This document shows, in pieces, positions 10,211-17,943 of a stretch of DNA of 64,000 nucleotides. A program made the translations under genes and the position numbers. The DNA is taken from the NCBI GenBank assembly GCA_965202665.1, contig OZ241841.1, positions 1,888,001-1,952,000 on the forward strand, in the 5' to 3' direction. This DNA comes from Candidatus Spongiisociaceae bacterium (GTDB lineage: Bacteria; Actinomycetota; Acidimicrobiia; Spongiisociales; Spongiisociaceae). The notes under the pieces are model-generated. The model ran no database searches. It saw nothing but the letters and a program-made list of their open reading frames with translations, and was not told the DNA's origin. The first letter of the stretch is position 1, and the number at the start of each line of letters is the position of its first letter.

Positions 10211-10233
10211 ACGTAAGCGAAACCGGAGGGGGG

Positions 10234-10992
10234 TCAGGGGGTGCGGCGGCGGAGGCGGACGCGGTAGGTGTAGCGCTGGGGATGGAAGTGGCTGATGGCC
10301 AGTTCGATGGGGATTTGGTCTTCGTCCAGGTAGAGGCGGTCCACATGCAGGACCGGCTGGCCGGGTTCGATGTTGATGTGGCCGGCGATTGCGTCCGGGG
10401 CGGGGGCGGCGGTCAGGCTCATGTCGGCCTGGGCGGCCCGGCGGCCCGCCGCCCGCTCGATGGCGCCGATGACCGTGATTTCGCTGGCCGCCCCTCGTTT
10501 TGCCAACTCCGGCATCTCCGACAGGACGGCGCCGATTTCCATCGGCACGTGGATGGTGGTGACGCAGAACGGAACCCCCTCGTGCAGGCGCCTGATCACC
10601 CCGGTGGACACCAGGTCGGTGTCCTGTTGCAGGCACCGGGCCACCCCGATGTCCACCGTGCGGCGGAAGGGGTACAGCACCTCCATCGTGGTGTCGATGG
10701 ACAAGGCCAGGATTTCCTCCACCGACCCGAAATGGCGCATGTAGCGCCGGTGGTAGGGAGTGGCGAAAGTCCCTTTGCCGGGCACCCGGTACACCAGTCC
10801 CTCCGACACCAGATCCTGGTAGGCGCGGCGCACCGTCTGCCGGCTCACCCGGTATTGGACGGCCAGTTCCGCTTCGGTGGGGAGCCGTTCGCCTTCCGGG
10901 AACTCCCCGGACAGGATGGAGTCGGCCAAGGCCCGGGCCAGCTGGGTGTAGGCGCTGTCCGGTTTGGGGTCGGCGACCGCGGCGGAGGGCAT
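10234..10992 (-). CDS. GntR family regulator, HutC subfamily (UTRA domain)
   Basis: LPTEAELAVQYRVSRQTVRRA..GKGTF winged HTH plus C-terminal UTRA-like domain. Confidence 0.9.
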   Translation of the reverse strand: MPSAAVADPKPDSAYTQLARALADSILSGEFPEGERLPTEAELAVQYRVSRQTVRRAYQDLVSEGLVYRVPGKGTFATPYHRRYMRHFGSVEEILALSIDTTMEVLYPFRRTVDIGVARCLQQDTDLVSTGVIRRLHEGVPFCVTTIHVPMEIGAVLSEMPELAKRGAASEITVIGAIERAAGRRAAQADMSLTAAPAPDAIAGHINIEPGQPVLHVDRLYLDEDQIPIELAISHFHPQRYTYRVRLRRRTP

Positions 10993-10999
10993 TTCCCGC

Positions 11000-11299
11000 T
11001 TACCCCCCGGCCGGTTCCAAAAGTTCCATCAACATCACCGTCCGCTCGGCCAGCAAGGGCCGGATATGTTGCACGCCCAAGCCGTTGAAATGATCGGAGG
11101 CGACATGGGCGTCGAAGGCGGCTTGGTCCTCGTACTGTTCGTAGAGGACGAAGACGGCCGGGTCGTCGTTGGAGCGGTGGGCGTTGAAAGTGACGCACCC
11201 CGGCTCGGCCCGGGTCAACCCGATGTATTCCCGGAGCAACTCCGCCGCTTTTTCTTCGTTGCCCTCCGCCACATGGTAGGTGGCCAGCACGTTGATCAT
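11000..11299 (-). CDS. Putative quinol monooxygenase (ABM domain)
   Basis: TRAEPGC..FVLYEQYEDQAAFDAHVASDHF. Confidence 0.88.
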   Translation of the reverse strand: MINVLATYHVAEGNEEKAAELLREYIGLTRAEPGCVTFNAHRSNDDPAVFVLYEQYEDQAAFDAHVASDHFNGLGVQHIRPLLAERTVMLMELLEPAGG

Positions 11300-11339
11300 C
11301 GTTATTCCTTTCCGTTGGTTGGTTCCGGTTCTGCCCGGT

Positions 11340-11747
11340 TCACATTCCGGCGAAGCCGATTTCCCGCAGTTGGCGGCGGGCTTCGTCGGACACTTCGTCC
11401 GGCGTCCACGGCGGTTCGAACACCCATTCCACCGCGATGTCGTCCAGCACCCCGCCCCCCACCAGGGCGGTGCGCATCTGATCTTCGAACACCCGGTTGA
11501 GCGGGCAGAACCGGTTGGTCAAAGTCATCTGCAACTCCGCCCGCCGCCCCCGCACCCGGATGCCGCGGATGAAACCCAGGTCCACGATGTTGATTCCCAG
11601 GTCGGGGTCGATCACCACCCGCAACGACTCCCGGATCCGTTCCGCGGTCTCCGCCGCCCGCGGGTCGTCCGCGGCGGGGGGCGGGGACTCCTCCGGCGGG
11701 CGGGCGGCGCCGATCGCAACCGGCTGGGCGGGGAGGGGCGGTTTCAC
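11340..11747 (-). CDS. Metal-sulfur cluster assembly factor (DUF59/SufT/PaaD-like)
   Basis: VIDPDLGINIVDLGFI, MTLTNRFCPL, VFEPPWTPD; GTG start overlaps the upstream TGA. Confidence 0.88.
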   Translation of the reverse strand: MKPPLPAQPVAIGAARPPEESPPPAADDPRAAETAERIRESLRVVIDPDLGINIVDLGFIRGIRVRGRRAELQMTLTNRFCPLNRVFEDQMRTALVGGGVLDDIAVEWVFEPPWTPDEVSDEARRQLREIGFAGM

Positions 11748-12187
11748 AGCGGGTTCCCTTTTGACGCAACCCGTCCGTTGCCCGCCGGGCTGGAAAGAAA
11801 GGCGTCGGCGGCGGGGGGCGGGGCGGCGACCGTAAAATCTATGGCGACGCCGGTGGTGCGGGTGGTGATCCAGTCGGCTATCCTGTGCGCCATCCGCCGC
11901 AGGCGGGTGATGACTTCCCCGTCCCCCACTTCCCAACCGGCCACCGTCAGATGATGGGGGCCGATCCCCAGCCGCCGGGCTTCGGCCAACCCCTGCTCGA
12001 ACACCCGGGCCAGCTGGGCGCAGGCCGTCCCCGGCCGGAACTTCACCGCCCGGTAGGCTTCGGCGGCGGTCATGCCGACCAGGCGGGCCAGGATGCGCCG
12101 GGCCTTCTCCTGCTCCACCCGCACGTTGTCTTTGCGGGCGGTCACCGTCTCCGGCAACGGAAACTCGGGCCGGGCGGGGGAGGTCAC
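11744..12187 (-). CDS. Divergent ribosomal protein uL22-like protein (147 aa)
   Basis: TARKDNVRVEQEKARRILARLVGMTAAEAYRAVKFRP..LTVAGWEVGDGEVITRLRRMAHRIADWITTRTTGVAI aligns by eye with the uL22 pattern; GTGA overlaps on both sides. Confidence 0.7.
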   Translation of the reverse strand: MTSPARPEFPLPETVTARKDNVRVEQEKARRILARLVGMTAAEAYRAVKFRPGTACAQLARVFEQGLAEARRLGIGPHHLTVAGWEVGDGEVITRLRRMAHRIADWITTRTTGVAIDFTVAAPPPAADAFLSSPAGNGRVASKGNPL

Positions 12188-13422
12188 GCCCCCGCCCCCG
12201 CCAGGGCCGCCCGGCGCAGATCCAGGTCGGCGTCCTCCACCATCTCCCGGGTGACCGGCGCCCCGGCCGCCATCAGCTTGCGGGCGGCCAGAATGTCCCG
12301 GGGCCGGTCCACGGTCAGGGCGGCCCGGATGCGCCCCTCCTGCAACTGGAAGGCGGTGAACCGGCGTTCCTCCAGCGACCCCCGGATGAGGTACGGGGCC
12401 TGCGGGTCGAACAGGCCCTGCGACTGGATGGTGTGGTTGTACTGGTCCGACCAGAACCAGTGCGGGATGGGCTCCGGGTTGTCCAAGCCCAGCATTCCCC
12501 GGGCGGCGGCCGCTCCCTGGCGGGCGGCAGTGTCGTGATGCTCCACCCTCCGGTATTCCCCGGTTTCCGGCTGGTATTGGGCGGCGACGTCCCCGGCCGC
12601 AAAAATGTTGCGGACGACGGTGCGGCAGTCCCCGTCCACTTGGATCCCCCCGGCGGCGGGAATGGGGGAGCCGGCTGCCGCCTCCGTGTTGGGAATCATC
12701 CCGGCCGCCGCCACCAGCAGGCCGCATTCCACCGTTCCCCGGTCGGTTTCCACCAGCAGGCCGTCCGATGTTTCGGCCAGGCCGGTGACCCGCTCCCGCA
12801 GGCGCAGTTCCACACCCCGTTCCCGGTGGATGTCGGACACCACCCGCCCCAAACGGGGGCCGAGCGGGATCCGCAGGCAGGAGTCCAGCATTTCGATGAT
12901 GGTCGCCTCCCTCCCCAAAGCGCGGGCGGAGGCGGCTGTTTCGCATCCGATGAAACCGCCGCCCAGCACCGCCATCCGCCCCCCGCCCAAAGCGGCCAGC
13001 CGCTCCCGCAGGGCGGCGGAGTCCTCCAAGGTGCGCAGGTAAAACACCCGTTCCCCTTCCAAACCGGGGAGGCGGCGGGCCCGGCCCCCGGTAGCGATGA
13101 GCAGGGCGTCGTAGGACAGCCGCCCCCCGTCCTCCAAGACCGTTTGGCTAGCCGCGGCGTCAACGGAGGCGGCCCGGGTTTCCAACAGCAACTCCACCTC
13201 GTTTTCCCCGTACCAGGCGGCGGGCCGCAACCGGCAGTCGGGGGCCCGCCCGGGGGCGGTCAGGGCTTCTTTGGACAGGGGAGGCCGCTCATAGGGCGGC
13301 TCCGACTCGTCGGAAACCAAAATGATCCGCCCCTCGTACCCTTCGCTCCGCAAGGCGGAGGCGGCCGAGACGGAAGCTATTCCGCCCCCCAGCAATATTA
13401 TGGTTTGGGGGAAGCCGGGCAC
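12184..13422 (-). CDS. Ferredoxin reductase (glutathione-reductase-type FAD/NADH oxidoreductase)
   Basis: GGGIA, PYERPPLSK, ATG, GGGFIGCE, FAAGD, WFWSDQY. Confidence 0.92.
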   Translation of the reverse strand: MPGFPQTIILLGGGIASVSAASALRSEGYEGRIILVSDESEPPYERPPLSKEALTAPGRAPDCRLRPAAWYGENEVELLLETRAASVDAAASQTVLEDGGRLSYDALLIATGGRARRLPGLEGERVFYLRTLEDSAALRERLAALGGGRMAVLGGGFIGCETAASARALGREATIIEMLDSCLRIPLGPRLGRVVSDIHRERGVELRLRERVTGLAETSDGLLVETDRGTVECGLLVAAAGMIPNTEAAAGSPIPAAGGIQVDGDCRTVVRNIFAAGDVAAQYQPETGEYRRVEHHDTAARQGAAAARGMLGLDNPEPIPHWFWSDQYNHTIQSQGLFDPQAPYLIRGSLEERRFTAFQLQEGRIRAALTVDRPRDILAARKLMAAGAPVTREMVEDADLDLRRAALAGAGA

Positions 13423-13423
13423 C

Positions 13424-13750
13424 TCAGCCGGGCGGGGCCACGCAGATGGCGCCCTCCTCCACCCGGCAGGGAACCGGGCTCAGGGAGCTGTCGGCCGGGT
13501 TAATGCCCTCCCCGCTCAGGGCGTTGAACTCCCACATATGGTTGACGCAGGTCAGGACGTCGCCCTCCAAGTCGCCGTCCGACAGGGGCCATTCCTGATG
13601 CGGGCAACGGTCCTTGTAGGCCCGCACCTCCCCGTCCACGTTGACCAGCACCACTTTGACCGGGCCCGCCTCCACGCCCACCATGTCGCCCTCCCACAGG
13701 TCGTCCAGGTCGTAAACCTTCCGCCACGGCCCCCCGCCGTCGCCGGTCAT
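13424..13750 (-). CDS. Rieske [2Fe-2S] ferredoxin (TmoC-like)
   Basis: CPHQ..LTCVNHMWEF..GEGINP. Confidence 0.92.
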   Translation of the reverse strand: MTGDGGGPWRKVYDLDDLWEGDMVGVEAGPVKVVLVNVDGEVRAYKDRCPHQEWPLSDGDLEGDVLTCVNHMWEFNALSGEGINPADSSLSPVPCRVEEGAICVAPPG

Positions 13751-13764
13751 CGCCGTCCGCCCGG

Positions 13765-14802
13765 TCAGTTGGAGGCGGTTGCCGGTTCGCCCAAACCGGC
13801 CGCTTCCAAGCCGGCGTTGCGGGCGGCGGCCGCCTCGGCGGCCACCCCCTCCGGGCTGATCCCGCCCGCCGGGGCCCCGGCCAACAGCCCTCCCAGGGCC
13901 AAAGCGGCCGCGTCGGCCCGCGGGGCCCATTTGCCTATCCACCGGCGGTAGGCGTCGGCGTTGTCCGGCCGTTGCTCCACCGTCAGGCGGGCCAGGGCGC
14001 CGCACCAGCGGGCCCGGCGTTCCACGTCTTCATGCAGGTTTTCGCACAGGAGCCAGGTCAGGTCGTCGCCGTTGGCCCGGGCCGCCTCCCCCAAAGCGCG
14101 GATCAGCACATCGTCCAAAGTTGGGGCGATCACCAGGTTGGCGGCGGTGAACGACTCCCCCCAGTCGTAGGCGATCAGGGCCAGTTCCAAGGCTTCCCGG
14201 GCCGGTTGCCATGCGGGATGGTTTTCCCAAATATCCCGTTCCCCGACGGCGAAGCCTTTCTCCGGGAAGGCGATCTGCAACTCGCGGGTTCGGTAGGAGA
14301 CGTTGGTCACCCGCCGCAACTGGTCGGCGGCGGACAGGGCGGCCGCGTTGCTGATGTACGCGGAATGCCCCAGATGGCAGATGTAGGCCTGCAGCATCTG
14401 CAGGGCGTGGGCCGGGAACCGGGTAGGGGTGAAAACGGTGCGCAAAATTTCCCGCCATCCCCCGGACAGGTTTTGGTCGTGGTTGACGCCGGCGTAGGAG
14501 TCGAACAGCCCGGCCATGGCTTTCTCCCGGGCCGACTGTTGCGCCACGTAAGCCCGGTAGGTGAGCTGGTCGGGATCCCGGAAGTCCTCCCAGTCGTCGA
14601 TCTGCACCGGGGAGTTGTCCCGGTAGGCCAGAAACCACAGGTTGCCCGGCGAGGACGGGTTCTGCTCCAAAGCCGCCTTGCGATCCTTGCGGATGGTGTA
14701 GTTGGCGGCGTGGGCGCCGATCTCGTACTCGGTGGGGCGGCGCCGGGTTTCTCCGAACTCGCTCCAAGTGCGGAGTTTGCGGGGTTGCGGTTGGTCGGTC
14801 AT
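13765..14802 (-). CDS. Soluble di-iron monooxygenase hydroxylase beta subunit (TmoE-like)
   Basis: LRTWS..RRRPTEYE, DWEDFRDPDQLTYRAY, WQPAREALE..YDWGESF. Confidence 0.92.
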   Translation of the reverse strand: MTDQPQPRKLRTWSEFGETRRRPTEYEIGAHAANYTIRKDRKAALEQNPSSPGNLWFLAYRDNSPVQIDDWEDFRDPDQLTYRAYVAQQSAREKAMAGLFDSYAGVNHDQNLSGGWREILRTVFTPTRFPAHALQMLQAYICHLGHSAYISNAAALSAADQLRRVTNVSYRTRELQIAFPEKGFAVGERDIWENHPAWQPAREALELALIAYDWGESFTAANLVIAPTLDDVLIRALGEAARANGDDLTWLLCENLHEDVERRARWCGALARLTVEQRPDNADAYRRWIGKWAPRADAAALALGGLLAGAPAGGISPEGVAAEAAAARNAGLEAAGLGEPATASN

Positions 14803-14834
14803 AAGGCCTGCCTTTCTCCCGGATTCCCCCGGGC

Positions 14835-15137
14835 TCAGCCGCTTTCGGTGGCTCCGCCCAGCGACCAGGTGATCTGCTCGGCGCTGGAAGTGTCGATTCG
14901 CCCCGCGTTGGCGGACAGGTGGTTTTCCAGCGAAGGCAACTCGAATTCGGGTCCCAGGTGCCGCCGCAGGGAAGCGACGGTCACTTTCATGAATGAGGGG
15001 GCCTGGATGCGGACGTAGGCCCCCCGGTCGATCACCTCGATGTCCACGCCCGGGTTGTCGTCTTCGATGGCGCTCACCACCCGCTCCACCGGGGCGCCCA
15101 TGCGCAGAATCGGGCCAACGGGGTTTTCCATCGCCAT
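14835..15137 (-). CDS. Monooxygenase effector protein (MmoB/DmpM, TmoD-like)
   Basis: VGPILRMG, IEDDNPG, DRGAYVRI, LGPEFEL..AGRI. Confidence 0.9.
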   Translation of the reverse strand: MAMENPVGPILRMGAPVERVVSAIEDDNPGVDIEVIDRGAYVRIQAPSFMKVTVASLRRHLGPEFELPSLENHLSANAGRIDTSSAEQITWSLGGATESG

Positions 15138-15142
15138 CCTCC

Positions 15143-15451
15143 TCAGTCTTCGTCCGCGTAGTCCACCCGCACATGGTCCAGGGGGGCGATCCCCGCCTCG
15201 GCCACGGTCAGGTCGTCGTCCAGCAACCGGTTGTTGTGGTACACCACTTTGCGGGCGTCGCGGGCCCGCACCCGGGAGGTGGCGTGATGCTCCACCGCCC
15301 CCGCCAACTCGGCGATGGTCTGGTTGGACATCACCGGGATCAGCAACTCCACGAAGTCATCGTGGAAGATGGCGTTCAACGGAACCAGTTGCGGCTCCGG
15401 GGCGTCCCCGGGCTCCGGGGCCGCTTCCGGGGCGGCGCCGTTGTCGCTCAT
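15143..15451 (-). CDS. Monooxygenase gamma subunit (TmoB-like)
   Basis: PLNAIFHDDFVELLIPV..TIAELA..TVAEAGIAPLDHVRV; ATGA overlap with the alpha-subunit stop. Confidence 0.85.
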   Translation of the reverse strand: MSDNGAAPEAAPEPGDAPEPQLVPLNAIFHDDFVELLIPVMSNQTIAELAGAVEHHATSRVRARDARKVVYHNNRLLDDDLTVAEAGIAPLDHVRVDYADED

Positions 15452-16956
15452 ACCGCCGCCCCCGCCATCGCCGGTTCGGCCATCGGATAGGTTTTGGTCC
15501 ATTCGTAGCCGCCGGCGTCGTCCCCGAAGACATCGGGGGTGAGGCCCATGTAGCCCAAAATTCCCGGTACGTCCATCGGCTGGATCTCCCCGGCCAGGAA
15601 CCGTTCCACCACCGTCTTGTTGTTGAGGGCGTCCCGGTCCTCCCACCAAATCTGCCGGCATCCTTTGGTGCAGAAATGGTAGGTCACCCCGTTGTGCTTG
15701 AGCGAGAAGTTGCGCACCCGCCATTTGCCGTCCCTCCCGTAGGTGGCGTTGCAGGTGGGGAGCATGCAGTAGTTGCACAGCCAGGGCAGGGTTTCGGGCA
15801 GGGCCCGCTCCATTTTGCCGTTGTTGACGTTTTCGGCGATCACCCGCCACTTGTCGCCGTAGAGGGTGTCCCAGTTGGGATACTTTTCCATCAGCCACTC
15901 GCGGGATTCGGCGTCCACCCCCACCGGTTTCCACCACAAAGTGGGCCGCCAGAACCATTCGCCCATCTGCAGGGAATGGTGCCACACGTCCAGTCCCTCC
16001 ATGAACTCATCCCAGTACCAGGGTTTTTTCAGCCCGTAGTCCTGAATGGTGCGCACGAACTGGTCGATGATCCACTCTTCCATGAACTCCCGGTAGCTCT
16101 GCTTGCGGTGCTCCACCGGGGTGTTGTAGTCCATGGAGGGGCCGGTCAGGGCGGAGAAAGCGCGGGCGGACAGCCAGAAGAACTTGTCCACCGTCCACTG
16201 CGCCCGCACCGGGTCGTGCTCCACCAGGATCTCCAGAGTGGGCCCGCCCTGCTGGGAGTGGCGGGCCTCGTCGGTCTGGATGGAGGAGATCATGTTGGCG
16301 AAGTTGACGTCCCCCACCTCCAAGGCGTCGGCCGCCAACGCCACGAACTGGATGTTGGTGAAGCCGGTTTCGAAGGTGAACGGGAGCTGGATGGCGATGT
16401 CCACCACGCTGCCCCCGATCATCATGTTGTCGATCAGGGCCCGCAGGGCGATGCTCACCCAGTCGTTGGTGAGCAGGGCCCGGTGCGCCCAGTCGAACTG
16501 CGGATCGTCGGCCACCATTTCGTGTCCCACCGACAGGCTGAGCTGCCCGTGCCGGATTTCATCCAAGATGCCCATGACGGCCATGTTGCGCCAGGCGGGG
16601 CTGAGGCCGAAGCGGGCCATGCGGCTTTCCCCGTACACGGCCGCGTATTCCACCAAGGCGATGCCCCCCAGGTGCATTTTCACCGAGGACTTCCACGCTT
16701 CGGACAGGCCGTCGAACTGGTTGGAGCGCCGCAGGGCGTTTTTCACCGCGTAGGCGGACACCTCTTTTTCGTTCTGGGTGGCCACGTATTCGGGGTAGGC
16801 GACCTTGTAGCTCTCCTCCCACTTGGACCAAGCCTCGCGGGGGACTTTGCCGCTGCCGCTCAGCCAGTCCGGGTAGACGGCCTCATCGTCCACGTAGCGC
16901 AACGTCCAGTCGACATCACGGACGATGCCCTGCCATTCGTCTCGTTTCAACGTCAC
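15448..16956 (-). CDS. Soluble di-iron monooxygenase hydroxylase alpha subunit (TmoA/TouA/IsoA group)
   Basis: Iron ligands EYAA, DEIRH, FETGFTN, DEARH; C-terminal YHS-like YHFCTKGC. Confidence 0.95.
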   Translation of the reverse strand: MTLKRDEWQGIVRDVDWTLRYVDDEAVYPDWLSGSGKVPREAWSKWEESYKVAYPEYVATQNEKEVSAYAVKNALRRSNQFDGLSEAWKSSVKMHLGGIALVEYAAVYGESRMARFGLSPAWRNMAVMGILDEIRHGQLSLSVGHEMVADDPQFDWAHRALLTNDWVSIALRALIDNMMIGGSVVDIAIQLPFTFETGFTNIQFVALAADALEVGDVNFANMISSIQTDEARHSQQGGPTLEILVEHDPVRAQWTVDKFFWLSARAFSALTGPSMDYNTPVEHRKQSYREFMEEWIIDQFVRTIQDYGLKKPWYWDEFMEGLDVWHHSLQMGEWFWRPTLWWKPVGVDAESREWLMEKYPNWDTLYGDKWRVIAENVNNGKMERALPETLPWLCNYCMLPTCNATYGRDGKWRVRNFSLKHNGVTYHFCTKGCRQIWWEDRDALNNKTVVERFLAGEIQPMDVPGILGYMGLTPDVFGDDAGGYEWTKTYPMAEPAMAGAAV

Positions 16957-16969
16957 AGTCGGACTCCTT

Positions 16970-17434
16970 TCAGTCGACTTCCATATGGCCCAGTTGACGA
17001 TAGATCCCGGCGTTGTCCCAGTAGGCGGTGATGCTTTCGATCTTGTCGTCCCCGTTCACATCGAAGATGAAAACGTGCGGCTCCCAGTATTTGCAACCGG
17101 TGGGCGCGATCGGCCCCCAGGCTTTCTCCTGGGTGCCCCCCACGCTGACCACCGCCGCCACCTGTCCTTCTTCGGAGGCGGTGATGGAATGCACTTCGTT
17201 GGACAGGTCGGGGAAAGAGTTGATCAGCCCCTCCCACATCGGCCGGCCCAAAGTGGCTACTTTGCCGTCCCCCCGGATCACCCGCTGCTTGCCCCAGATC
17301 TCCACCGGGACGTAGGAGAAGTCGGCGGTGTCGGTGCACAACTCCACCATCCCGAGGGTGTCGTGGCTGCGGTAGGCGTCGAAGAAGTCCTCCACCACTC
17401 CCGCCGCTCCGGTTCTTTCCATGGTTGCGGTCAT
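16970..17434 (-). CDS. NTF2/SnoaL-like protein
   Basis: VVEDFFDAYRSHD, SFPDLSNEVHSI, FDVNGDDKIESITAYWD. Confidence 0.82.
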   Translation of the reverse strand: MTATMERTGAAGVVEDFFDAYRSHDTLGMVELCTDTADFSYVPVEIWGKQRVIRGDGKVATLGRPMWEGLINSFPDLSNEVHSITASEEGQVAAVVSVGGTQEKAWGPIAPTGCKYWEPHVFIFDVNGDDKIESITAYWDNAGIYRQLGHMEVD

Positions 17435-17481
17435 CGTCTTTCGCCTTTCCCTCGCCTTACGTACTTTCCGATATCGGGTTT

Positions 17482-17901
17482 TCAAACTATGGATACGCTG
17501 TCCAGCCGTTTTACGGCCAGCCGCCGATAGAGGATGTTCTGATCCCAGAACCCTTTGATGGAGGTGATGCGGCCGTCGCCGGTGCCCAGCAGCCACGCCT
17601 GGTCCAAGTCCAAGTGTTTCTCCTGGTTGACCACCCCCAAATAGTCGGCGGCCTGCGTGCCTTCCATTTTCAGCTGGGTGACCACCGTGCCGTCGGAGCC
17701 CGTGAAACTGGATTTCTCGGTGAGGAGCAGGTCGGGGAAGGCAGTCGTCGTTTCGTCGAAGAAGGCCCGGGCTTCCGCCTTGCCCCCGCTCACCCCCGCC
17801 GGGGCTATGTCCGCAACGGCCCCCTCGTCTACTTCGGCGAAGGCCCGCTCCACATCGCGGTCGCGGATGGCGTTCCAGAATCTTGCGACTGTCTCCGACA
17901 A
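17482..17901 (-). CDS. SnoaL-like ester cyclase family protein
   Basis: FWNAIRDRD, AFPDL, MEGTQ, DGRITSIKGFWD; GGAGG RBS. Confidence 0.82.
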   Translation of the reverse strand: MSETVARFWNAIRDRDVERAFAEVDEGAVADIAPAGVSGGKAEARAFFDETTTAFPDLLLTEKSSFTGSDGTVVTQLKMEGTQAADYLGVVNQEKHLDLDQAWLLGTGDGRITSIKGFWDQNILYRRLAVKRLDSVSIV

Positions 17902-17943
17902 CTTGTCAACCTCCTCCCGGGTCGGGAACCCTCCAATTTCTCC

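Noticed and set aside
8264-10636. 790-aa minus-strand ORF and similar long Arg/Pro/Gly-rich ORFs (15040-17031, 26701-28800, 47535-49250)
   Set aside because: They overlap well-supported genes on the other strand or frame and have no motifs; typical GC-rich artefacts
11744-12187. Calling the uL22-like ORF the genuine rplV
   Set aside because: No S10-operon neighbours (rpsS, rpsC) and too divergent, so no gene symbol was assigned
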